Below, one piece after another: positions 18,831-30,603 of a DNA stretch of 64,000 bases. The position numbers were made by a program, and so were the translations under genes. The notes below the pieces were generated by a model. The model was not told the DNA's origin. It saw only the letters and a program-made list of their open reading frames with translations, and searched no databases. Numbering within the stretch: the first letter of the stretch is position 1; every line of letters starts with the position of its first letter. The DNA comes from an uncultured delta proteobacterium (lineage in GTDB: Bacteria; Myxococcota_A; Polyangia; Fen-1088), in NCBI GenBank assembly GCA_963796685.1, contig CAWCMR010000022.1, positions 32,001 through 96,000 of the forward strand. The letters are read 5' to 3'.

Positions 18831-20054
18831 CTACGGGCCGGCGAATTGATAGAGCGCTTGGATTTCGGTGGCGCTCAAGGCACGGCCGTAGATGCGGAGC
18901 TCGTCGATCCGTCCGTCGAAATAGGGATCTGCAGTGAATTGCGACTTGCCCAGATAGGCGTAGTCGATCGTGCCCAGGTCCGAGGGCCGAAGCGCAATCG
19001 CGCTGGGTCCGGCGACAAGGGCGCCGTCCACATAGAGGCTGCCCTGTCCGGAGGCCAACACCACCGCCACGTGCTTCCAGGTGCCGGTCGCGAGGACGGC
19101 AGTGGTGAGCTTCTGCTCGCTACCGTACCCGTTATTGCTGATGGCGAAGGCGAGATTCGCAGGCGTGACGTCGTTCTGCGGTACGAGGTTCAGGTAGTGT
19201 GTCCCGGTCGCCGTGTTGCTCGACAGCTTGGCGTTGACGCCCACGTCGAAGATGCGCGCCCAGTTCTGGGAGGTGGTGACATTGACCCAGGTTGCGATGG
19301 TGATGTCCGTGACGTTGGCAAACATGGCTGGCGGCAGGGTAACGTAGGCTGAGCTCGCCTTGGCGAGAGTCAGCGCGTTTCCCACCTTGCCCGCCGCAAA
19401 GGCGTAGCCGGCGGCGCCCAGCGTCCCGTTGTTGTTCTTACCGGAGGAGTCCGGCAGGGTCGTGCCGGTGGCACTTTCGCATTTGTAGTAGGCGAGAAGG
19501 CCCACGAGCAACGGGTTCGCATCCGGTGGAGTGTCTGGCCCCGTGTCCGGTCCCACGTCTGGCCCCGTGTCTGGCCCTACGTCTGGCCCTACGTCTGGGC
19601 CTGTGTCGAGCCCCGTGTCTGGCCCCGCATCAGACCCGCTGTCCGTCTTGACGTCTTGGTGAGCCGTGTCCGGCCCCAGGTCCAACCCGGAATCGGCAGG
19701 CGGTCCGTCGGACGAATCGCCGGCTTCCTTGCCGTCTGCTCGACCGTCCTCCTTCTGGTCGGGGCCTTGGTCCGCTTTGTCGGCGGGCGCATCAGGCGTG
19801 GGTCCATCCGGTGCCGAGTCTTTCTCAACCGGCGTCGCGTCTCCGGACGGCAAGTCCGGGCCCGGCTGTATCGAGTCGTCGTTGGCGTCGGGCTGGTTGG
19901 GGTTGTCGGAGCAGTTGCCCGCCGTCGCGCACGCCTGGACTTTTTCGGGCTTGTTGAGGTTCACACACCCCGCGGCCAAGGCAGTCGCGAGGAGAAAGAC
20001 CAACTTTGCGAGTGGGACACGTGGCTTCGTCGAATCACGGTCTGACAATTTCAT
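18831..20054 (-). CDS. LamG/concanavalin-like domain lipoprotein with Pro/Asp-rich stalk
   Basis: Lipobox AAGC; GLLAYYK, DSSGKNNNGT, WARIFD, WKHVAVV, LYVDG, GRIDELRIYGRALS. Confidence 0.85.
   Translation of the reverse strand: MKLSDRDSTKPRVPLAKLVFLLATALAAGCVNLNKPEKVQACATAGNCSDNPNQPDANDDSIQPGPDLPSGDATPVEKDSAPDGPTPDAPADKADQGPDQKEDGRADGKEAGDSSDGPPADSGLDLGPDTAHQDVKTDSGSDAGPDTGLDTGPDVGPDVGPDTGPDVGPDTGPDTPPDANPLLVGLLAYYKCESATGTTLPDSSGKNNNGTLGAAGYAFAAGKVGNALTLAKASSAYVTLPPAMFANVTDITIATWVNVTTSQNWARIFDVGVNAKLSSNTATGTHYLNLVPQNDVTPANLAFAISNNGYGSEQKLTTAVLATGTWKHVAVVLASGQGSLYVDGALVAGPSAIALRPSDLGTIDYAYLGKSQFTADPYFDGRIDELRIYGRALSATEIQALYQFAGP
19530..19626. repeat. 12-bp coding tandem repeat (GPDT/GPDV)
   Basis: About 8 degenerate copies of gtctggccccgt/gtctggccctac. 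Confidence 0.8.
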
Positions 20055-20244
20055 AGGTTCTATCTTCTCCGACAATATGCCCTTGCGAAGTCCTGCCGGT
20101 GACCTTTCGCTCACGTGCCGTTCACACACGTGGTTGCGGTCACAACCCGTCTCGGATTACCAATAGGTCTATTTGTGGACGATATTGGCACGAGAAGTCG
20201 GAGCGGTCCATCGGGAGGATCCCCGGCATTTACGGGACGCGGCA

Positions 20245-21664
20245 TCACCGGTGCGGACGCTCTTCCCTGCCGATTGTGAAGGCCACCCAGCCATCGGGGC
20301 GATTCTGCGCGATGACGGACAACCGAAGCGCGCCGCACACAGCGCGCGTCAGGGCGAGCCCGAGACCGCAGTGCTCGCCGGTCCCGGAGCGAGCCGAATC
20401 CAAGCGGAAGAACCGAGCGAAGATCCGCTCCAAGCCGTCTTCGGGAATGGCGGGACCGCTGTCGCAGACCGCGAGCACATCCTCGGGCGATGCGACGCCT
20501 TCCACGATCACGCGACCGTTCTCGGCCGTGTATTCCACCGCGTTGGCCAAGAGATTGGTGAGCACGATGCGAAGCTTGTCGCGATCCGAGACGACCAACG
20601 CGCCGGCGGGCACCAGGTTCTCGAAGCGCAGGTTTCGCAGGCGCGCCTTCGCGGCAAACGGAGCAAAGGACTCGTCCACGAGCTCGCGAACCGCGATCTC
20701 CTCGTTCGCGATGCGCACCTGCTCTGCCTCGATACGGGCCAACATCAACAAGCTCTCGACCAGGCCGTTCATCTGCTCGACGACGTGCAGGGCGTCTTGC
20801 AGGGTTGCTTGGTACTCGGCCGCGGGCCTTTCGCGCGACCCGGTCACTTCCAGCATGCTGCGCAGGCCTGCAATAGGCGTGCGCAACTCGTGGCTCACAT
20901 CCGCGCTGAACTGGCGCTCGAAGGCAAATGCCCGTTCAAGGCGAGAGAGCAGCTCGTTCAGCTTGACCACCGCAGGGCGCAGCTCGCGCGGAAGATCCTC
21001 CACCGGCAGACGCTCGCCGAGGCGCTGCGCATCCATCGTCTCAATCCGCGCGGCCAACCGCGCGACGGGTGCCAGGCCATGTCGAATGGCGAACGTGCCG
21101 GCCAACGCAGCCAGGACCAAGGCGCTGAGCCCCGAAACCCAGAGTACCAAGCGCAGGGTCGCCAAGGTCGCGTCCACCTCGTCGGTGGCCCGCGCCACCG
21201 CGACCGTCAGGCGTCTGCCGGAGGGGCGAGGCGGCCCTTCCTCATCGCTTCGCGGCGGGAGGGAAGCCAGCAAGAGGCGCCCCTTGCGGCCATCCGGCAG
21301 CCTGGTGTCGTCGGTGATCGTACCCGCGAGCGATGAAGGTCGTCGTAGGTCGCTTCGACCGAGCGATGGCGAACGGGCGAGCACCGTGCCGTCGTCCATC
21401 CACACCTCGTAGTAGACCACGCCGTACTTGCGTTCGAAGTCTTCGAGCGCGCCAGGCTCGAACTCCCATGGTCCGCCCGCCCGCTCTTCGACCATGTTGG
21501 CAACCGCGCGCGCGTCCTGCGCCAGCCGCTCGTCGAACTGTCGCCACAGCGCCCGGCTGAAGGTGGCGTGCAGAACCAACGAGAAGTGCGCACAGCGACA
21601 GGCCGAGCACGCCCGCGACCGCGGCGGCGAGACGCAGCCCCAGCGAAGGCGCGGCCTTCGTCAC
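20245..21664 (-). CDS. HAMP-domain sensor histidine kinase, CusS/QseC-like (apparent +1 frameshift at ~21586)
   Basis: FSADVSHELRTP H-box, NLLANA N-box, DSGP, GLGL; joining the 21664 ORF gives 472 aa with two TMs. Confidence 0.88.
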
Positions 21665-22335
21665 TCGCCTTCTCCGAGCACATACCCCTGTCCGCGCCGG
21701 GTGTGGATGAGCCTTTGGCCGTGGTCTTGCTCTATCTTCTTGCGCAGGTACCCGATGTACACATCGACGACGTTGCTCGAGGGCTCTGAAGCGAAGTCGT
21801 AGACGTGATCCCAGATCTCCGACCGACTGACCACCTGGCCGCGCCGAGCGGCGAGGTACTCGAGGAGCGCATACTCACGCGCCGACAGGACGATCGCCGT
21901 TCCCCCGCGGCGGACGGTGCGGGCCGATGTATCGATCTCGAGGTCCCCGACGTGAATCGTGTTGGCCGGCGACTGATAGCGCCGACGGATGATGGCCCGA
22001 ACACGCGCAAGCAGCTCGGCGAAGGCAAAGGGCTTGACCAGATAGTCGTCGGCGCCGAGATCGAGCCCCTTCACGCGGTCGTCGATCGTATCCCGTGCGG
22101 TCAGGATCAACACCGGGGTGGCCTGGCCGCGGCCGCGCAGCCGACCGAGAACCGCCAGCCCGTCCAGCTTCGGGAGCATCAGATCGAGAATCACGGCGTC
22201 GTAGCTCGTCGCCTCGGCGCAATCGAGGCCCGCCTCGCCATCGCTGGCGGTGTCGACCGCATAGCCCGCCTCGCGCAAACCTTGGCTCACCGAGCGGAGC
22301 AGGGGAAGGTAGTCCTCGATCAGCAGGAGGCGCAT
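21661..22335 (-). CDS. OmpR-family response regulator
   Basis: LLIED, ILDLMLP, GADDYLVKPF, NVVDVYIGYLRKK, TRRGQGY. Confidence 0.94.
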   Translation of the reverse strand: MRLLLIEDYLPLLRSVSQGLREAGYAVDTASDGEAGLDCAEATSYDAVILDLMLPKLDGLAVLGRLRGRGQATPVLILTARDTIDDRVKGLDLGADDYLVKPFAFAELLARVRAIIRRRYQSPANTIHVGDLEIDTSARTVRRGGTAIVLSAREYALLEYLAARRGQVVSRSEIWDHVYDFASEPSSNVVDVYIGYLRKKIEQDHGQRLIHTRRGQGYVLGEGE

Positions 22336-22470
22336 CGCCCTAGGGTATTCCGGTTGGCGACTCGCCGCCATCGGCACCATGTTCCGTAATCCCGCGACAA
22401 GCTCAGGGACATCGCGAGGCGCCGGGCTAAAGGCCCCATTCTAAGCCTCTCGTCTGGCGGGGCGACGAAA

Positions 22471-22619
22471 GGTGGTCGTGGCCGCAGACGTCACCGTGGT
22501 CGTGGCCGTGGCCGGACATTTTGGACGCTCGGGCCATTGGGAATCAGCCAGCGGTCGGGGAAAAGTTGCTCGGTCACACGGCCACGACCACGACCACGAC
22601 CACGGCCACGAGCACGACC
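22471..22619. repeat. Inverted pair of hexamer microsatellite tracts (GTGGYC)n ... (CCACGR)n
   Basis: ccgtggtcgtggccgtggcc at ~22494-22513 is complementary to cacggccacgaccacgaccacgaccacggccacgagcacgac at 22577-22618. Confidence 0.75.
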
Positions 22620-22761
22620 TTCGGCGGCTATCGCGGGATTAGGGGGCACCACGTTTGTGCGCGAGGGTGAGAAGAGCATGAGAGCCGGTCTCATCGTGCT
22701 CTCACGTTGCGATGGCATCCATAGGAGGCACGCGCGCAAGGTGCCCAAGGAAAGACTCGAG

Positions 22762-23999
22762 ATGAGCAGGCTCCGGTTCGCCACCACGTCGATTTTGGCG
22801 GCGCTCCTCGCGCCCCAAGTCGCGTGGGCTGGCGCGGTGTCGTTCGCCGAGGCGCGCGCCGCTGCGCAGCGGGTTGCGCCGGAGCTCCAGCTCGCAGAGC
22901 GTCGCGTGGATGTCTCCACCGCGGAGGTGCAGGTCGCGGGAGCCCTGGCCAATCCCACCTTGACCGTGTCGACAGCACGCGAGACCGCGCACCTTGCAAC
23001 CGCGGTTGGCGTGCCGTTACCGCTGTTCGGTCAGCGCGCCCTGTCCATCAAGGCCGCACGCGCGGACGCCGACGCTGTCAGTTTGGACGTCGAGGTCAAG
23101 CGTCGCGAGGCGAGATGGGGGGCAACGGTGGCCTGGGTCGACCTGTGGGAGGCCCAGGAGCGTGCCAAGCTGCTCGATTCTTGCTGCCAAAGACGCCGAG
23201 CGCCTCGTCCAAATCGCGACCGAACGCTTCGACGCCGGCACGGGACCTCGTCTCGACGTGATCCGAACCGGGGCCGATCGGGCCCGCGCCACGTCGGAGG
23301 CCGAGGCGGCCCGCCTGCTGGTGTCGGCGGCCGGCGCACGTCTGGGGCCATGGATTGGCGCACCCGCGGACGACGAGCTTACGGCCTCGGGAAAGCCCGG
23401 CTATTCCGAGGACATGCCCTTCTCCATCGCCAAGCTCGAGGAGCGGCTCTCGGACCATCCCACCCTGCATCGGGACCGGGCCGAGGTGATGGCGGCCACG
23501 ACGCACATCCAAAGCGAGGAACGCCTGCGTTGGCCCACGGTCACCCCCGAGGTCGCCGTAAACCAGTTCGATCCGACGTTGCCCGGACCAGACTTCATCC
23601 TCGGCCTGTCGTTCGACCTCCCGGTGCTCAACCTTCGGGCCGGGGCCACCGCGCGCGCACGGGCGCAACGTGCCCTGGCCGAAACGGCCAGCGACGCCGA
23701 CCGGCGGCGGCTGCTTGCCGAGATGCTCGATGCCTACCGGCGCACGCAAGGCGCGAGCCTGAGGCTGCGCGCTCTTCGCGAGCAGGTCCTGCCGTCGATG
23801 CAGGAGGCGAGAGACATGACCGAGGAGGGCTATCGCGCGGGAAGGGTGGATTCTCATTCGTCTCCTCGAGGCCCAGCGAGCCCTCCTCGATAGCCGCCTG
23901 GCGGAGGTGGAGGCAGCCGCATTCTGGAGCCGCGCGGTGGCCGATTTGGAGAGCGCGGCAGGCGCGGATTTCCAGGGGGGCGACTCGCATGCGCCGTAA
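22762..23999 (+). CDS. TolC-family outer-membrane efflux protein (two apparent +1 frameshifts at ~23178 and ~23851)
   Basis: Signal peptide, ANPTL, ERFDAG, EGYRAG..DLIRLLEAQRA after correction; 411 aa when joined. Confidence 0.85.
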
Positions 24000-25065
24000 C
24001 CTCGTGGTCCTCTGTTTGGCCGTCGTGGCATGCAAACGAGGCGCGGAGGTCGAGCCCGCGGCCGGGCCCAAGAGGGTGGAGTGCGCGCGGGTGCAGAGCG
24101 CGCTGGTCAAGGACGCGATCGAGGTCCGCGGCACGGTTGCGCCGCTGCCCGACCGCGACGCGCTGGTCGCTGCCCAGGTTGTCGGGCGCGTTCTGCACAT
24201 CGAGGTGCGGGAAGGGGATCAGGTTGCGGCCGGACAGGTCGTGGCGCGTATCGATGATGCGCCACTGGTGGACAGCGCGCACCAGGCCGAGGCCGCGCTG
24301 GCGCGTGCCCGGGCGGAGTACCAGAACGCGCAGACCACCCTGGCCCGGGTCCAGCGCGTGTTCGAGCACGGGATCGCCGCGCGCCAGGAAGTCGACGACG
24401 CGGCGGCGAAGGAGGCGTCCGCCAAGGCCGCACGAGCCGAGGCGGAGGCGGCCGCACGCCAGGCCCATCGCCAGATCGAGCGGGCAAGCGTACGCAGCCC
24501 GCTTGCGGGCGTGGTGCTGAAGGTCTTGCGCAAGACGGGCGAGCTCGTCGATGGCACGCCGGCCACGCCCATCGCCGAGATTGCCGATACCTCGGAGCTG
24601 GAGCTGGTGGCGGATGTGCCCGCCCAGGATCTCGTGCGTCTCCGTCGCGGGGCGCTGGCGACGTTGAAGCTGTCCGCCATGCCCGACCGCGAATTCAAGG
24701 CCTCGGTTTCGCGGGTCGCGCCGTCGGTGGATCGCGCGACCGGCTTGGGCACGATCCGCATCGCCATCACGCAGTCGGGGACCGTCGGGCCGCCTGTCGG
24801 TTCGTTCGGCGTCGCGCGCGTCGAGAGCGGCGAGCAACATCAAGCCACGCTGGTGCCGCAAGCCGCGGTTCGAACCGTCGTCGGAGCCGAGGGCGAGGTC
24901 GTGTTGTGCGGCGCCGACCACGTCGCGCACGTGCGCAAGGTCAGCCCCGGCCAGGCTTACGATAGCCTGGTCGAGGTTCGTGGCGAGCTCGGTGCCGGCG
25001 ATCGGGTGGCGGTCAAGCCGGTGCTCGGGCTGGCCGAGGGAGACGCGCTCGAGGCCGTCCCGTGA
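23989..25065 (+). CDS. RND efflux periplasmic adaptor (MFP) lipoprotein
   Basis: Lipobox VVAC; VREGDQVAAGQ, coiled hairpin, VRSPLAGVV. Confidence 0.9.
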   Translation: MRRNLVVLCLAVVACKRGAEVEPAAGPKRVECARVQSALVKDAIEVRGTVAPLPDRDALVAAQVVGRVLHIEVREGDQVAAGQVVARIDDAPLVDSAHQAEAALARARAEYQNAQTTLARVQRVFEHGIAARQEVDDAAAKEASAKAARAEAEAAARQAHRQIERASVRSPLAGVVLKVLRKTGELVDGTPATPIAEIADTSELELVADVPAQDLVRLRRGALATLKLSAMPDREFKASVSRVAPSVDRATGLGTIRIAITQSGTVGPPVGSFGVARVESGEQHQATLVPQAAVRTVVGAEGEVVLCGADHVAHVRKVSPGQAYDSLVEVRGELGAGDRVAVKPVLGLAEGDALEAVP

Positions 25066-28000
25066 AGGCATTCGGCGCGAAGGCATTCGAATGGATGGCC
25101 GGGCGCCGAGGCCTCGTGTGGTGCACCGCCTTGGCCGTCGCGCTCGGCGGCGTCCTGGTGGCGAGGCGCCTGCCGAGCGGCATCTATCCCGAGGTCGAGT
25201 TCCCGCGCATCGTGGTCGTGGCCCGGGCCGGCGACGCGCCTCCCGACGTCACCCAGGTCTCGGTGACCCGCCCGCTCGAGGCGGCGCTGGCCACCGTGCT
25301 CGGCGTGGAGCGCATCCGCTCCAAGACCATTCGCGGCTCGACCGAGATGTCGCTGCAGTTCGCGCCCGGCACCGACATGTGGCGCGCGCTTCAGCTCGTC
25401 GAGTCCCGCGTGGGAGAAGCCCGCTCGGGGCTTCCCCCGGGGGCCGAGATCACCGTCGAGCGCTTGACCACCACTTCCTTCCCGGTGCTCACCTACAACC
25501 TCACGGGGCCCATCGATTCGCGCCGGCTGCGCGAGCTCGGCGAATTCGTTCTCAAGCCGGCCTTTTCACGGGTACGTGGCGTCGGCCGCGTGGAGGTCCT
25601 CGGGGGCGACGTGCGGGAGGTCGAGGTGATTCTCGATCCCGAGCGCACCGCCGGTTTGCACATCAGCCCGGCGCAAGTCGCCGAAAAGCTGCGCGCGCAG
25701 AACGTGCTCCAGGCCGTCGGCCGCCTGGAGCAATCGCACTCGCTCGTCACCGTGATGGCCTCGGGCGAGCCGACCGGGCTCGACGACCTGCGCGCCATCC
25801 CGGTGGCCGTGGGACCCGACGGAAGCCCCATTCTCCTCGGCGCCATCGCCGAGGTGCGCGAGGGCGCGGAGGACCGGCTGCTGCGGGTCTCCGGGCCGGG
25901 GGGCGAGACGGCGCTCCTCAGCGTGGCCCGGCTGCCGGGCGCGAGCACCCCCGAGGTCGTGGCCAACGTCAAAGCCGCGGCTCGCGCAACCGCCGCCGCG
26001 CTGCCCAAGGGAGTCGCGCTCACGCCGGTCTACGATCAGGCCGAGCTGGTCGACGAGTCCATTCGCTCCGTGCGCGACGCCATCTTGATCGGCATCGCCC
26101 TGTGCGTGGGCGTGATCGCGCTCTTCCTGCGCGACTTCCGGGCCGGGCTGGCGGCCTCGCTGTCCGTGCCCCTGACCTTGGCGGCCACCTTCCTTCCCAT
26201 CGGGGGCCTCGGTCAGAGCCTGAACCTGATGTCGCTCGGCGGCTTGGCGGTGGCCATCGGGCTGGTCATCGACGACGCCATCGTGGTGGTGGAGTCCATC
26301 GGCCGGCACGTCGAGGAGGGGCTTGCTCCCGCGGTGGCCGCGCGCGACGGGACGCGCGTGTTGCTGGCCGCCCTCGTGGGCACCACGGCAACGACCGTCG
26401 TGGTGTTCTTCCCGCTCGCCTGGCTCGAAGGCGTGGTTGGCCGCTTCTTCTCCGCCCTGGCGGCCACGCTGTCGACGGCGGTGCTCATCTCGCTGGTCAT
26501 GGCGCTGACCGTGGTGCCGCTCGCCGCCGCACGCTGGATCCGACCACGGCCGGCGTCCAGCCATTCGGCGCGCTTGGCGAACGCGTATGAACGCGCGCTA
26601 GGCCCCTTCCTGCACCGGCCCTGGATCGGGCTGCTCGTCGCCTTTGGCCTGCTCGGGCTGGGGGCGATGGCGGCGGTCGAAGCCCCGTCGGGATTCCTGC
26701 CGACCATGGACGAGGGCGCCTTCGTGCTCGACTATTTCTTGCCGGCCGGGACGTCGCTTGGCGAGACCGATGCGGTGGCGCGCAAGATCGAGACCATTCT
26801 CGCGGCGACCCCCGAGGTGCGAACCTATTCTCGACGGACCGGGGCCGAGCTTGGCCCGGTCGCCGCGACGCAGGTCAACCGTGGCGACATCATGGTCCGC
26901 TTGAAGCCGCGTGCGCAGCGCCACCGTTCCGCCGACGAGGTGATCGCGGAGGTGCGCGCGAAGGTCGTCCGGGACGTGCCGGAGGCGCGCACCGAGTACA
27001 TTCAGGTGCTGCAGGACGTGCTCAACGACCTGGCGGGAACCCCACGGCCCATCGAGATCAAGATCTTCGGCGACGACTACGCGACCTTGCGGGCCAAGGC
27101 GCAAGAGGTGGTGGAACGCATCCACGACGTGCCGGGATTGGTGGACCTGTACCCGGGATTCGAAGGCCGTGCCCCGGAGCTGCGCTTTCGCATCGACGGC
27201 GCGGCGGCGGCGCGCGCGGGAGCAACCGCCGCCGACGTGGCAGGCAACCTCGATGCCTCGCTCCATGGCGTCGTCGCGTCGATTCTTGCGCAGGCCGGAT
27301 CGCCCCATCGGGGTGCGCGTGCGCTATCCGGACTCGGTTCGCTTCGACCCCGAGCGCGTGGTCGAGCTGCCTCTTCTCGTCGGCGCGGAGGGCGTCACCC
27401 GCATCTCGGCGGTGGCCACGCCCATCCACGCCAGCGCCGAGACTTCGCTCCTCCGCGAGAGCCTGCGTCCGGTCGTCATCCTGAGCGCCGACCACGAGAA
27501 CCGCGATCTCGGCTCCGTCGTGCGCGACGTGCAGAAGCGACTGCGCGGGCTCGTTTTGCCCGAGGGCTATGGCCTCGAGCTCGGCGGCCAGTACGAGGGG
27601 CAGCAAGCGACCCTTCGGGATCTTTCCGCAGTGATGGGATTCGGTCTCCTGGCCGTGTTTATCGTCCTCCTTGCGCAGTTCCGCCGCGCGCGCCTGGCGT
27701 TCGTGGTGCTCGTCTCGGTTCCGCTGGCGGTGGTGGGGGCGCTGGTGACCCTTTGGGTTCTGCAGATACCGCTCAACGCCTCCTCGCTCATGGGGTGCGT
27801 CTTGCTCGTGGGCTTGGTGGTGAAGAACGGCATCCTGCTGCTCGAACAGTTCGAGCGCCTGCTCGACGAGAACGGGCAGGACGTCGAACGGGCGCTCGTC
27901 CTTGCCGGGCGCATCCGCGTCCGCCCCATCTTGATGACCACGTTGGCCACCATCGCCGGGCTCGCCCCGCTGGCGCTTGGCCTGGGGGCGGGCGCGGAGA

Positions 28001-28140
28001 TTCAGCGCCCGCTGGCCGTGGCCGTGATCGGCGGCCTCGTCGTGTCCACCGCCGTGAGCCTGCTGGTCCTGCCGTCACTCGTGCGCCTCACGCACGCCCG
28101 GCTGCAGGACAGTGGTCGTGCTCGCGGCCTCGAAGCGTAG
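25062..28140 (+). CDS. RND efflux permease, CusA/CzcA-like (apparent +1 frameshift at ~27283)
   Basis: GLVIDDAIVVVE, VKNGILL, RVRPILMTT, RPLAVAVIGG; ~1025 aa when joined. Confidence 0.92.
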
Positions 28141-28246
28141 CGGACTCTGCGGTTCATTTACACCTCGTCGCTCGAAAACCACAAAGAGGACATATCCCAC
28201 ACGCCCAACCGATGCCCGATGCTCCCCATACCCAGGCGATGCTTCC

Positions 28247-30351
28247 CTACGCACTGGCAGAAGTCGCGGCCGCCTCCCCTGTCGAGCCTGTCGAGCCCGC
28301 GCCAGGCGAAGAGTTTTTGCGCACGGCAAGGAGTGCGCGCATCGCCCACGCCAGCGCCAGGAACCATGACGACATCGTGAGCACGAGCCCCACCAGGAAC
28401 ACGGTCGGGAGATAACGGGTCGCGATGACATGGTGCCCTGCCTCGACCATCAGCGCACGCAGGCCCCCAGCGGCTTCGAACATGTAGCCGGCCGAAATGC
28501 CATCGATGCGCGCCCGCCAACCCGGGAAATACACCTCGTTGAAGACCAACATCGTGCGAACCGGGAGGTCCACGACGTACTCCACCCGGTCGGGAAGGTA
28601 GCGCGATATCGTGAACGTAACCGCAATGGCTTTCTTCTGAAACAGACTTCCATCCGCCGGAGGCGGTGCCTGCGCGAAGCCCACGATGCGTTGCCCGCTG
28701 ACGAGGAATGGCCGAAATCCTTTCGTCAGCAACCCGTCCAGCCGCTTCAGACGAAAGGGAGTATACGAGGGTAGATAGAACTTCTTGTTCAAGTACGCAT
28801 CGTTGGAACCGGGGTCGTCGATTTTTTGGGCATCCATGCGCGGAACCAGGGCCTTCGAGGGGTCGAAGTCGGAAACGTGAATGCTCATGCAGCGCAGGAC
28901 GTCGTCCTCGGGGGCCACGGCGAAGAGGCTTGCGTCCGAGCTGGCGTGCGTGCCGGAATCAAACGCGGCAATCAGCACAAGAGAGATGGCAGCGGCTCGG
29001 GGCCGCAGGAAGCGAACGACGGCAATCAGCGCAATCACCAGGACCATCAACTCCAGGTAGGTGGTGCCAAGAAAATAGTAGTCGAGGCTGGACGTAGGCG
29101 GGTAGATCACGTTCTTCAGCCAAAGGATCCCGACGAGCATCAATAGTGCCAGGCCAGCAAGAATGCCAATCAGCCGGCGCCGGGCCTCGGGCTCTTCGCG
29201 CAGATGGGCCAGACCGCCGCCGGCCAGCAGCCCTCCTGCCAGCGCCACCACGGCCCGGCTATCGGCGGCTGGAAAGCGGGATAGATTGAGCTTCGAGAAG
29301 AGGTCGTGCAGCGCCACGCGCGGGAAGGAGTACCGGCCAAGGCTCATCAGCAACGCGGCGAGAAAGCCAATGCCCAGTGCGGTGGTCGTGCGACAACGGC
29401 GGAAGAGGACCGCGTACAACACGAGGGCGAAAGCCACGATACCGAAGTACAACCCGCGCATCGAGATGTCGGTGACGAACCCATCGGAGGCCAGCCTGGT
29501 CGATGCACCGAAGACCAGGTGCCACAGATCCGGGGGCGAGAGGCTCTGGACCAAGGCCTCATCCGTGGTCATCGGCGAGCCACGCGTGAATGCGCCCGTG
29601 TTGGTCGCGATGGGTAGCCAGTGGCCGGCCGAAATCCCAGCGCCAAGCAGGAGACTGAGGCAAAGGCCCTTCGCAAAATGCTTGCGGCTTGACGGATCCC
29701 TGCACTGGCTGACGAACAGCCAGACCGACCAGCCGACGAACCATATCGGGCTGGTCAGGACAATGCCTGGGTAACCGCAAACCACCAGCAGCCCCAACGT
29801 GGCCCCGAGCAGAGGACAGGCCCATGGTTCGCCGTCGGCAAGCTTCTTGATGCTCAAGAGGACCCACGGGAAAACCGAGAAGGCATTGATGATATCCATG
29901 TGCTGGGCATTGCACAGTCGGGCACTCGTGAAATTGAAGGCAATCGCGGCCATGAGCGCCGCGGAGCGACGGGCCCATAGGCCATGGGCCAGAAAGTAGA
30001 CGCCGACCGAACCGAACAGGATCATCAGGAGCTCTGGCGCTGTGCCACCAGCGGGTCGTAGCCCCAAAGCAGGGAGACAATCCAGGTGACCGGCGACCAC
30101 AACTGAGACTGTGGATTGACGAGAAAGGGAGCTCCGGCGTGTCCGTAGGGAAACCAAAGCGGCAGGGCACCCGCCCGCAGGCTGTCGGAGATGAAGATCA
30201 GAAAGCGAGCGTACGAGTTGAAGAAATCGTAGGGGATTGCTACGGTCGGGATTCCGTTGGTGCCACGCATCCCGCGCTCCATCACGGCGATGTGCCAGAC
30301 GGAAAGCGCGGCGAGCGGGCCGAGGTGCCTGATGAGAGGGAGGCGAACCAT
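28247..30351 (-). CDS. YfhO-like polytopic membrane protein (GT-C glycosyltransferase-like), frameshift at ~30035
   Basis: GALPLWFPYGHAGAPFL, many TMs, SRFP, C-terminal EVYFPGWRARIDG..LRALMVEAGHHVI; ~700 aa when joined; start uncertain. Confidence 0.75.
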
Positions 30352-30603
30352 CGCGCCGCGTAGCCGGCGGAAGATGGCCGCTGCGAGAGAGCTCCAGCCA
30401 GCCCTGTTCAACTCGAAAAGTCGAATCCGAAAGTGCGCACGTATGCTCATCCAGATCGCCAGAGCCTAACCGATTTGGTCAGGAGGGTGCGTGGAAGAAT
30501 GGGAGGGATGGAATGAAGGCGGTGGCGAAACCTCGAGAGGCGGCGGCGAGGCCTTGGCGCGATCGGGCCGGACTACATGTGGCGAGAGCTAGCTGCGTGA
30601 CCT

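Noticed and set aside
19530-19626. Short tandem repeats as CRISPR or iterons
   Set aside because: In-frame linker repeats within a lipoprotein
22537-25065. Apparent 842-aa TolC-MFP fusion
   Set aside because: The TolC start and the MFP happen to share an open frame; two indels move TolC out of it, and the MFP has its own start and lipobox at 23989
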